A stretch of DNA of 64,000 nucleotides. Source: an uncultured Anaerolinea sp. (lineage in GTDB: Bacteria > Chloroflexota > Anaerolineae > Anaerolineales > Villigracilaceae). Of this stretch, positions 8,692-16,545 are shown in pieces. The notes beneath the pieces are model-generated. The model saw only the letters and a list, made by a program, of their open reading frames with translations. It had not been told where the DNA came from and did no database searches. The position numbers were made by a program, and so were the translations under genes. The number at the start of each line of letters is the position of its first letter. The first letter of the stretch is position 1. The stretch spans positions 41,728 through 105,727 of the forward strand of contig CAZEGE010000001.1 in the NCBI GenBank assembly GCA_964511765.1. The letters run 5' to 3'.

Positions 8692-10056
8692 CTATAGTTT
8701 TTCAATATCAACCAATCTTTGATAGTCTTCAGGATTGTCAACATCCAGTAAAAGGATGTCATCGTGCCAGGGTATGTATTCTACTTTGTATTTTGGGAAA
8801 ATGGCGCGCCCGCCGATATCCCCTGTCAATTGCAGGAGATCGGGGAAGGTGACCCGATCAAATAATACCGGGTTGGCGCGGCGTTCTTCAAGGACGAGAG
8901 GCGCGAGGACGGACTGTAATTCGCGCGCATGTGACTCTGTCAATGCGCGAATGACTTCAGCTGGGATCTGGGGCTGGTCGGCGAGCAGGAAGATTGCAGC
9001 CCCGACCTGGCCTTTCCAAAATGAATTAAGACCACCGTCGTATTTGGGAGAGGCGGATATGAAGTGGATGCCCGCTTTTATGGAAGTGCTTTGACCTTGT
9101 TGGTATTCGGGATTGCGGACGATGTGTACGGGCAGGTCTTTTAAACAGGATTCTACATCAGCGGCGTGAAAGCCTGTGACGACCACCACCGGCCGAAGTC
9201 CGGATTGAAGCGCGGTTTCGGCAATATGCCTTACGAAGGGTTTGCCTTTCCAGTCCAGCAGTTGCTTGGGAGAACCGAAGCGAGCGGCTTCGCCTGCGGC
9301 GAGGAGGATGGCGGCGGTGTGTTCGAAGGCGTGAAAAATCTTTTGCTTGCATGACCCAACGATGACAGACTGGAATTGATCCAATAATTGGGGCGCCATG
9401 CCGCCGCCGAGCGAATCCAGTTTGGGTGTGTCGGCTTGATTGAGCAGGGCGATGCGCCGCGCCGTAGTTGGGATGTTTTTCAATCCGCCCAGCGGATGGG
9501 TGAGCATGGAAATGATCGCCTGCGGTGTGATGGTTTTACCGATTTGCAGGCCGCTGAGTTGGGAGAAAATTTCAGCGCGATGGACGTATTCTTCTGTAAG
9601 CGGTTTATCAATGGAGGCTAGCCCTGCAAGAACGATGACGGTTTCGGTAAACTCCGGGATGGGCGGTTCGTGAGCGGCGGGCGCCTTAACCGGTTTTTGG
9701 CGGGAGCCATCCGCTTCGATCAGGAGGGGAATATTATTTTCCTTTGAATTTTCGCGTAACCTACCGAGGATGATATCGCTGACGGGCTTTGTGCGGTCAT
9801 TTTCAATTTCACCTGTGACCAGGACGACTCCTTGGCGCGGCATATTTTGAAGGTCGGTCAGATCATTGGCAATGATGTGATGGTCCGCGAACGGGATTTG
9901 CCAAACTCCCAAATGAGAGGTTGCAGTTACGATTGACGATTGAAGCTGGCGGGCGAGTTGGAAGAGGACAGTTGACTTTCCGCCCGCGCCGACCAGGCTG
10001 ATGGTCTGGTTTGAGGCGCAGGGAGAGTCGAGCCGAAGCGCATGGGCGATATTCAT
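8692..10056 (-). CDS. yqeC: YqeC (selenium-dependent Mo-hydroxylase accessory) fused to a MocA-like nucleotidyltransferase
   Basis: N-terminal ISLVGAGGKS and LIEADGSRQKPVKAPAAHEPPIP (YqeC). C-terminal ILLAAGEAARFGSPKQLL...LADQP...DVDNPEDY (MocA family). Confidence 0.82.
   Translation of the reverse strand: MNIAHALRLDSPCASNQTISLVGAGGKSTVLFQLARQLQSSIVTATSHLGVWQIPFADHHIIANDLTDLQNMPRQGVVLVTGEIENDRTKPVSDIILGRLRENSKENNIPLLIEADGSRQKPVKAPAAHEPPIPEFTETVIVLAGLASIDKPLTEEYVHRAEIFSQLSGLQIGKTITPQAIISMLTHPLGGLKNIPTTARRIALLNQADTPKLDSLGGGMAPQLLDQFQSVIVGSCKQKIFHAFEHTAAILLAAGEAARFGSPKQLLDWKGKPFVRHIAETALQSGLRPVVVVTGFHAADVESCLKDLPVHIVRNPEYQQGQSTSIKAGIHFISASPKYDGGLNSFWKGQVGAAIFLLADQPQIPAEVIRALTESHARELQSVLAPLVLEERRANPVLFDRVTFPDLLQLTGDIGGRAIFPKYKVEYIPWHDDILLLDVDNPEDYQRLVDIEKL
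9001..9053. repeat. Palindromic repeat inserted in frame in yqeC-mocA
   Basis: Minus strand CCTCTCCCAAAT...ATTTTGGAAAGG hairpin encodes an extra SPKYDGGLNSFWKGQ segment just before VGAAIFLL. Confidence 0.5.
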
Positions 10057-10083
10057 GCCTGTATTGTCAAAAGAGGTTGCACA

Positions 10084-10578
10084 TTAAGGAGAGTGCAGAC
10101 TTTGCAGGCCCTTGCTCAACTCAGCGCTTGAGAGGGCGGCGGTTATTTCGGTTCCTGAATGATGCCAGCAAAGAAAGTTGACCGGCCGGTCGTTTGCGTC
10201 GAAGTTCAGGTGCACTCTGATATACAGCCTATCTTGCGCGGGGTGGCTGCCTACATATGAAACGCCCCAGTTGAATTCGAGGTGATTTTTCAGAACATCC
10301 AAATCTTCACTTTGTAAATGCGAGGGTTCCTCCAGGGTTTTGAATAGATCCCAGGGTGGCGACCAGATCCAGACAGGCGCGTTTTTATAAAAGACCGATT
10401 GAATTTGATCGAGATTCTGCCTGACGATGTCATCGTATTGTGAGGCATATCCTTTTCTTTCCAAATATTGTTCGCGGGGGGATTTATTTTTTTTCATGAG
10501 TCGTTGCAATTCCTTTTGCGGACTTTTACGTTTGCTTCTCGTATTCAAATTAGCGTTGCTTGCTTCACCCAGTGCCAT
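10084..10578 (-). CDS. Hypothetical protein
   Basis: 164-aa ORF co-oriented with neighbours that fills the gap. No family recognised; start uncertain. Confidence 0.5.
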   Translation of the reverse strand: MALGEASNANLNTRSKRKSPQKELQRLMKKNKSPREQYLERKGYASQYDDIVRQNLDQIQSVFYKNAPVWIWSPPWDLFKTLEEPSHLQSEDLDVLKNHLEFNWGVSYVGSHPAQDRLYIRVHLNFDANDRPVNFLCWHHSGTEITAALSSAELSKGLQSLHSP

Positions 10579-10661
10579 GTGAGGTCATATTAGTGATTTT
10601 AGCAGAAAATCTTTTTCCTTACATCTTTTTTGCAGTAATTTTTCGATCAGGGTTGTTTGTA

Positions 10662-11348
10662 TCATGGCAGGGGGCGATAAATATGCGGCGCGACCCAAAG
10701 GCCGTTATCCTTTTGCGGGGTGTCCAGTGTGTGGAAGAGCCGAAGCGTTAGCACGAAGTCCACGGTTTGACCGGTCAGGGCGCTCAAGCCGGCATCCACC
10801 TGTATGGGAGGATCCCCAGTTATGTAATCCCAATCCATAAATGAACCGTGAAATTTGCCTTTACTGTCATAATACTCTAGGGCAAATTGAACATCACAGG
10901 GCGTGGACATGCGGCATCGAAGTGTGGCGCGGAAGCGGTCGTTTTCGCCGACGGTGAAAGAGGGATAACGAAGGAATAATGCTCCATAGCCGTTCCAGGG
11001 GGGAATTGTAAGCATGACCGGTGTGTCGGCGGGCAAGCCTTCCGGGACGGGATCGATCGGCGTTGCAAAACCGCCAGAATGGTCCGCGTTGGCATCTGGA
11101 CAGGTCGTCAGGTGCTGAGCGCCGTTCATCCATTCCGTATTACACAGCAAACCGATGAAATCGAGGGCGATGGTTCCCAGGGAGGCATACGGAGTGGCTG
11201 TTGGCGTGGGGGCGGGAGTTAAAGAGGGGATGGGAGTAAACACCGGCGCAGGGTTAATTTCGACGGATGGGGTGGGCGTGGATATAGCTTTCGGCGCGCA
11301 GGCGGCCAGCAATATCGGAAACAGGCAAAGGGACAAAAAGCGGCGCAT
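10662..11348 (-). CDS. Putative lipoprotein with Pro/Thr-rich linker
   Basis: MRRFLSLCLFPILLAAC lipobox, then a PTP-rich linker and a globular domain. RBS GGAG upstream of 11348. Confidence 0.75.
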   Translation of the reverse strand: MRRFLSLCLFPILLAACAPKAISTPTPSVEINPAPVFTPIPSLTPAPTPTATPYASLGTIALDFIGLLCNTEWMNGAQHLTTCPDANADHSGGFATPIDPVPEGLPADTPVMLTIPPWNGYGALFLRYPSFTVGENDRFRATLRCRMSTPCDVQFALEYYDSKGKFHGSFMDWDYITGDPPIQVDAGLSALTGQTVDFVLTLRLFHTLDTPQKDNGLWVAPHIYRPLP

Positions 11349-11405
11349 GGGACAAACTCCTAATATTCTGACAGTCATCAGATGCATTGTTATAAGGCTG
11401 ATCTG

Positions 11406-12695
11406 TTACTTGATCATATCCAACAAGCGGTACCAGACCTTGCCTGCGTTCACAAACCAGGCTTTGTCCTGATAGAGAGGCGCGCGCGGGATGTGCAGGT
11501 CTGCAAACGGATTGTTGACCGCTTTGCCGAGGATCCCATTTGCCATTTGCTGGCCCAAGTATGTGGCAAGGGTTACGCCATGACCCACATAACACATGGA
11601 GTACCACATGCCGTTCACCTGTCCAGCGTGCGCATTCTCATCGAGGGTCAATCCAAGCGTCCCGCTCCAAAAATAATCGATTTTATAATCTGCCAATTCG
11701 GGGAAGATTTTTATCATCCCGTGTCTCAAGGTATTGATATTGGTCTGCGGGCTGACTCCGCTGAAGGTGGCCTCGCCACCCCACAACATACGCCTGTCGG
11801 GCGAGAGACGATAATAGGCGAGCACATTTCTGGTATCGTACGCCACGCGGTTTTTGGGGATCAAGCGTTCCGCCAGGTCTTTGGGTAAGGGTTCGGTGGC
11901 GATAATGAAGCTCTCCGCAGGAAAAACGCGTTGGCGGAATTGCGGCGCGATCTTTCCGATCCACGCATTGGCGGCGAGCAGGATTTCCCTGGCGGCGATA
12001 TCCCCTCGTTCGGTCCTGACCAGGTAGCGGCTGCCGTCCTGTGCAGGTATATTCCCAAGGCGTTCGATTTCCAGCACTTGCGTGCCTTCATAGATGTCCG
12101 CGCCTGCGCGTTCAGAGGCCAGCGCCATGCCGTGTACGAAACTGGCCGGCTGGAGCGAGGCGCCGCGCGGGTTGACCATCAAGCCGTGATATGCCTTCGT
12201 CCCAAGTTCCGATGACATTTCGTTTTTTGACAGGACCTGGACTTCATAATCCGCGATCTGATGCAGGGTTTCCTGTTCTTTTTTCAGGGCCTCGAAGTGT
12301 GCGGGCTGGCTGGCGGCTTCGATGCTTCCGCAGCGCACATAGTCGCACTCGATCTTTTCCTCCGTGACAATCTGTTCGACTGTGTCGGCGGCCTGTACCG
12401 CGGCGAGAAACATTTCCCTTGCCTGTTCGCGTCCGTGGCTCTTTATCGAGGCAGCCAGGGTGTGATGCAGGCACGAGAGCGCCTGCCCGCCGTTGCGTGC
12501 ACTCGCGCCCCAACCGATGGTTTGCGCTTCAAGCAGCGCCACGCGCGCGCCGCCTTTCGCCAGTTGCAGGGCTGCTGAAGCGCCCGTGTAACCACCGCCG
12601 ATCACGACCACATCTGTTTTTTTAGGAAGCGGCTTATTCAAATATGATTTCGGCGTCGGCGCAGTCACCGACCAGAAACAATCGTATTGAGTCAT
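11406..12695 (-). CDS. FAD-dependent oxidoreductase (DAO/PuuB-like)
   Basis: DVVVIGGGYTG, GASARNGG, CYVGHGV. Confidence 0.85.
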   Translation of the reverse strand: MTQYDCFWSVTAPTPKSYLNKPLPKKTDVVVIGGGYTGASAALQLAKGGARVALLEAQTIGWGASARNGGQALSCLHHTLAASIKSHGREQAREMFLAAVQAADTVEQIVTEEKIECDYVRCGSIEAASQPAHFEALKKEQETLHQIADYEVQVLSKNEMSSELGTKAYHGLMVNPRGASLQPASFVHGMALASERAGADIYEGTQVLEIERLGNIPAQDGSRYLVRTERGDIAAREILLAANAWIGKIAPQFRQRVFPAESFIIATEPLPKDLAERLIPKNRVAYDTRNVLAYYRLSPDRRMLWGGEATFSGVSPQTNINTLRHGMIKIFPELADYKIDYFWSGTLGLTLDENAHAGQVNGMWYSMCYVGHGVTLATYLGQQMANGILGKAVNNPFADLHIPRAPLYQDKAWFVNAGKVWYRLLDMIK

Positions 12696-12916
12696 GAAAT
12701 TTTCTCCAGAACATAATTCAGGGAATTATATTAAATCATAGCTTTCCCATAAACGCACATTCATAGAGTAGCGCAGAGCCGTAAACTCGTCAATGGTGCT
12801 TCGGTTTGGGAAATCTCAATCCGAATATACCTGGGTCGTCGCTGTGTTAAGTCTACGGAGATTCTGATCCTGGCATGGACTCTGGCTTGACAGTAAAAGT
12901 CCATACGAAAAACCTC

Positions 12917-12955
12917 AAAAAGAAACGCCCCTCGTTCCAAATGGAAGGAGAGGCG
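12917..12955 (-). terminator. Intrinsic terminator of the RRM gene
   Basis: Minus strand CGCCTCTCCTTCCA/TGGAACGAGGGGCG hairpin followed by TTTCTTTTT. Confidence 0.65.
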
Positions 12956-12980
12956 CTGTGCTGCGATGTATTTTTTTATG

Positions 12981-13241
12981 CTATGCGTGTTCGACGCGCG
13001 GTTTGGCGACATTGACCTTGAGCACGTTATCAGCCAGGGAATAGGCATTGAACATGCTGATGGCCTTGTCTGCATCGGCCTGCTCGGGCATGGACACAAA
13101 AGCGAAGCCCTTCGACAGGCCGGAGCCCTTGTCCATGACCAGCTCCACCGAAGAGACGGCTCCAGCTGTTGCGAACAAGGTCTTGATTTCGTCCTGTGTG
13201 GTCGACTTGTTCAGGTTTCCTACGTAGATTCGAATATCCAT
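12981..13241 (-). CDS. RNA-binding protein, single RRM (RNP-1/RNP-2)
   Basis: MDIRIYVGNL (RNP-2), SKGFAFVSM (RNP-1), LKVNVAKPR. RBS GAAGGAAG. Confidence 0.92.
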   Translation of the reverse strand: MDIRIYVGNLNKSTTQDEIKTLFATAGAVSSVELVMDKGSGLSKGFAFVSMPEQADADKAISMFNAYSLADNVLKVNVAKPRVEHA

Positions 13242-13405
13242 TTTATTACTTCCTTCTCCAGCTCGGCTGGAAATAAAAATGGCCGTCAACCCTATAAAAG
13301 GGTCGGCGGCCAAGGGGTGCGACAGAGATCCAGTTATTTATTACCCCTTCAGTCTAACACAGTTTCCGTCCACAGACGGGGCAATAAAATGGTGAGGATT
13401 TGATA

Positions 13406-13762
13406 TTACCCGGCTGGTATATAGATATTCTTTTGTTGAGGGTTGGATACGATGTTGTTGTCTGTAGTGTAGTTAGTGACTGTAAATGTTTTGCTGGTTG
13501 TAGTGCTTGTCGTCATTTCTAATTCAGCTGGATCTGGCACAGGTATATCATCCTCAAGAAGGCTTACAATAAAATCAATCATTGCAGTTTTCAGATCTGC
13601 TACAGCATTTCTTGGATTATCTCCTTGTCCAAAACATCCTTCTAATTCAGGTGCATGCGCAACATAGATTGGTTCTCCCTCGGTTGTTTCATCACGAACA
13701 ACCTTGATAAAATATGGACGATTAGCCAATTCCTCGGCTGTTTTCAACCATTTATCATTCAT
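13406..13762 (-). CDS. hicB: HicB-family antitoxin (RNase H-like domain only) with Thr-rich tail
   Basis: IYVAHAPELEGCFGQGDNPRNAVADLKTAM...LLEDDIPVPDP. Overlaps hicA by 8 bp. Confidence 0.75.
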   Translation of the reverse strand: MNDKWLKTAEELANRPYFIKVVRDETTEGEPIYVAHAPELEGCFGQGDNPRNAVADLKTAMIDFIVSLLEDDIPVPDPAELEMTTSTTTSKTFTVTNYTTDNNIVSNPQQKNIYIPAG

Positions 13763-14027
13763 CAATACTTCCTTTCTGTAATTCAAGCAGTCTCTCAATT
13801 AATTTTACTGCAAATTGAACATAACCTTTGGGAAGAGCTTTGTGTCTCGCTAAAGTAGCTCTTAACATTGGAAACTCAGGGTGCAATACTATATCATGAT
13901 TGCTGCCGTGTCTCATTATAAAACCAAACTCTTTATATAGTTTTTCGATATCTTCTTTTTTCCAATTTGACTTGGATTTTCGCATTTGCTCCAAAAGTTC
14001 CAATCGCTTTTCTGCTTTGGAAACCAT
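13755..14027 (-). CDS. hicA: HicA-family toxin
   Basis: 90 aa, basic. KEDIEKLYKEFGFIMRHGSNHDIVLHP matches the dsRBD-like HicA pattern with a GSxH motif. Lies upstream of hicB. Confidence 0.72.
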   Translation of the reverse strand: MVSKAEKRLELLEQMRKSKSNWKKEDIEKLYKEFGFIMRHGSNHDIVLHPEFPMLRATLARHKALPKGYVQFAVKLIERLLELQKGSIDE

Positions 14028-14446
14028 TGGTATTCCTGGGGCTGATTAGGCGTCTCTATTTGATTTACATACATAGTCAGTTCGTCTTTTTGATCTTTAT
14101 CAACAAGGAGAACAAATTGATACCTCCCTGGTTGGGGCAGGATTACATCTTTTAGATCAAGAATAATGTTTACTTCCGGTTTTCTACCGCCTTGTGCTTT
14201 TGGAACTTCAAACTCACCGGAAACTTCTAAAACATGGTTGGCGTCTGCGTCCATTAAAATGACAGTAAACGATCTTTTTTGACCATACTCACTTAACTCA
14301 GGACCTAGCTTTGCTACAAGGTGCATTGATGGATGCCTGGCAGGGAACTTATATGCATTAATATCGTTAAATATTCCCATAACATTTAATTTTCCGTCAC
14401 CAGTTACGTTAGCATAATCTGCAGTCAAAAATAGTAATGGTTTCAT
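13916..14446 (-). CDS. DUF6941-like beta-rich protein
   Basis: FLTADYANVTGDGKLNVMGIFNDI...FPARHP...LPQPGRYQFVLLVD pattern. As written it reads 112 bp into hicA. Confidence 0.6.
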   Translation of the reverse strand: MKPLLFLTADYANVTGDGKLNVMGIFNDINAYKFPARHPSMHLVAKLGPELSEYGQKRSFTVILMDADANHVLEVSGEFEVPKAQGGRKPEVNIILDLKDVILPQPGRYQFVLLVDKDQKDELTMYVNQIETPNQPQEYQWFPKQKSDWNFWSKCENPSQIGKKKISKNYIKSLVL

Positions 14447-14500
14447 TTGTGAACTCCCGCAATTTCAATTGGAAAACAACAAAATTATTCTAGCATACAT

Positions 14501-14529
14501 TTGACATCCTTCGACTTTTTTGCTACACT
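14501..14529 (+). promoter_or_regulatory. Sigma70 promoter of the purine catabolic operon
   Basis: TTGACA (14501-14506), 17-bp spacer, extended -10 TGC-TACACT (14524-14529). Confidence 0.75.
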
Positions 14530-14532
14530 ATA

Positions 14533-14547
14533 AGTTGTCAGACAACT
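14533..14547. promoter_or_regulatory. Palindromic operator, site 1
   Basis: AGTTGTC-A-GACAACT, a perfect inverted repeat over the expected transcription start. Recurs at 32189-32203. Confidence 0.65.
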
Positions 14548-14581
14548 AGACCAATCTCTAACAGCTGACGGCTAAAAGCAT

Positions 14582-16027
14582 ATGACCACCCTTCTCATCA
14601 AAAACGCGCATATCGTCACCATGGACGACCATCAACGGGAGATTCCCGAAGGTGGTCTTTTTATTCGCGAGGGAATCATTGAAAAGGTCGGCCCGATGAG
14701 CGAACTTCCCGACCCTTCGACAGGTTCAGGGCAGGCAGCCGATGAAGTTCTCGACCTCAAAGGTCATGTCGTTCTGCCTGGGCTGGTCAATACGCATCAT
14801 CATTTTTATCAAACCCTGACGCGCGCCGTTCCTGCCGCGCAGGACGCCAATCTTTTCAACTGGCTCAAAACTCTTTATCCCATTTGGGCGCGCCTCACTC
14901 CCGACGATATTTTTATCTCGACTCAGACCGCACTGGCAGAATTGGCCCTATCGGGATGCACCACCGCAGCGGATCATCTCTACCTCTTTCCAAACGGTTC
15001 AAAACTGGATGATGAAATTGCTGCGGCTGCCGAGATCGGATTACGCCTGCAAGCCTCGCGCGGTTCGATGAGCCTCGGCGAATCCAAAGGTGGACTCCCG
15101 CCCGATTCAGTGGTGGATAGCGAAGAAAATATCCTCAAAGATTCGCAGCGCCTGATCGAAAAATATCACGATGCAAAGCCCGGCGCGATGACTCAGATCG
15201 TACTCGCGCCCTGCTCGCCATTCAGCGTCACATCAGATTTAATGAAACAGTCTGCCAAACTGGCGCGTGATTATGGCGTGCATCTGCATACGCATCTCGC
15301 TGAGACCGAAGACGAAGAACAATTCTGCCAGCAGATGTTTGGCCATCGTCCCGTCGGTTATATGCAGGCTGTGGACTGGGTGGGTGAGGACGTCTGGTTT
15401 GCACATGCCGTCTGGGTCAACGATGAGGAGATACAGGTCTTTGCCAAACATCATTGCGGCGTGGCGCACTGTCCCACCTCAAATATGCGGCTGGCCTCTG
15501 GCATCGCGCCCATCAAGGAATTTCGCGCCGCTGGCGTGGACGTCGGCCTCGGCGTGGACGGCTCCGCTTCCAACGACGGCTCGCATCTGCTGGCGGAAGT
15601 CCGCAATGCGCTATTGGTGTCGAGAGTCAAAGAAGGCATGACAGGCTTCTCCGCTACACCCTCTCCCTCAGGGAGCCCCACAGGGGTGCTTCGCAAAGGG
15701 CAGGGTGAGGGCGAGCGAAAATTGATGACCGCGCGCGAAGCCTTGCATCTCGGCACACGCGGCGGCGCGGCGGTTCTGGGCCGTAATGATATCGGCAGCC
15801 TGGAAGCGGGCAAATGCGCCGACTTCTTCGCGGTCAACTTGAATCAACTGAGTTATACGGGCATGCATGACCCTGTGTCTGCCATCGTGTTTGGCCAGTC
15901 CATGAATGTGGATTACACTGTTGTCGGCGGAAAATTTATCGTAAAGGAAGGTCAGCTTATAACTATTAATGAACGTAAGTTGGTTGAAAAACATAACCAA
16001 GCCGCGAAACGATTATTGTTATCTTAA
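14582..16027 (+). CDS. 8-oxoguanine deaminase-like amidohydrolase
   Basis: PGLVNTHHHFYQTLTRA, HTHLAET, HCPTSNMRLASGI, GLGVDGSASNDG. Confidence 0.85.
   Translation: MTTLLIKNAHIVTMDDHQREIPEGGLFIREGIIEKVGPMSELPDPSTGSGQAADEVLDLKGHVVLPGLVNTHHHFYQTLTRAVPAAQDANLFNWLKTLYPIWARLTPDDIFISTQTALAELALSGCTTAADHLYLFPNGSKLDDEIAAAAEIGLRLQASRGSMSLGESKGGLPPDSVVDSEENILKDSQRLIEKYHDAKPGAMTQIVLAPCSPFSVTSDLMKQSAKLARDYGVHLHTHLAETEDEEQFCQQMFGHRPVGYMQAVDWVGEDVWFAHAVWVNDEEIQVFAKHHCGVAHCPTSNMRLASGIAPIKEFRAAGVDVGLGVDGSASNDGSHLLAEVRNALLVSRVKEGMTGFSATPSPSGSPTGVLRKGQGEGERKLMTAREALHLGTRGGAAVLGRNDIGSLEAGKCADFFAVNLNQLSYTGMHDPVSAIVFGQSMNVDYTVVGGKFIVKEGQLITINERKLVEKHNQAAKRLLLS
14712..14732. repeat. REP-like repeat inserted in frame
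   Basis: ACCCTTCGACAGGTTCAGGGC adds DPSTGSGQ between ELP and AADEVLDL. Confidence 0.6.
15659..15711. repeat. CCCTCTCCC/GGGAGAGGG palindrome with nested 21-nt insert, in frame
   Basis: CCCTCTCCCTCAGGGAG[CCCCACAGGGGTGCTTCGCAA]AGGGCAGGGTGAGGG. Shares the core CCCTCTCCCTCAGGGAG with the 38531-38578 copy. Confidence 0.7.
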
Positions 16028-16044
16028 ATTGGAGAATTTACATA

Positions 16045-16506
16045 ATGACAAACACACACAAGGTTGCGGCAGGCGACGATCTCTTTGGCGAACATCGAGG
16101 TCTCGGTATTAGTTTGATCTCTTTCAAGGTGGTACCGCAGGATAGCAGTGGTCTTTTTGTTATCGAAAATACCTTCCATGAGAAGGGCGGCCCTGCAAGA
16201 CATTTGCATTACGAACAGGATGAGTGGTTTTATGCGGTTGAAGGAGAATTTATTGTTGAAGTTGGGCAGGAAAGACTCACGCTAAAACCCGGCGACTCAC
16301 TTTTCGCGCCGCGCAAGATCCCTCATGTCTGGGCGTACGCAGGCGGTGGCGAGAAAGGCAGAATGCTGATCACCTTTATGCCCGCAGGCAAAATGGAGGC
16401 ATTTTTTCGTGAAGTAACAAAAGCAAACGCCATGCCGCCGCAAGACCCGGAATTATGGAAAGCCCATGGCATGGAGTTGCTTGGTCCGCCATTGAAAGTG
16501 GAATAG
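16045..16506 (+). CDS. Cupin domain protein (quercetin dioxygenase-like)
   Basis: GPARHLHYEQDEWFYAVEGE and PRKIPHVW cupin motifs. Confidence 0.85.
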   Translation: MTNTHKVAAGDDLFGEHRGLGISLISFKVVPQDSSGLFVIENTFHEKGGPARHLHYEQDEWFYAVEGEFIVEVGQERLTLKPGDSLFAPRKIPHVWAYAGGGEKGRMLITFMPAGKMEAFFREVTKANAMPPQDPELWKAHGMELLGPPLKVE

Positions 16507-16545
16507 AAATGCCGTCAGCAAAGAGATTGTTGCAAGGTCAAAGGA

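Noticed and set aside
12730-12910. Hairpins between the RRM terminator and the FAD oxidoreductase as an ncRNA or riboswitch
   Set aside because: Only short isolated stems, no recognisable family motif; ORF 12761-13099 overlaps the RRM gene and looks spurious.
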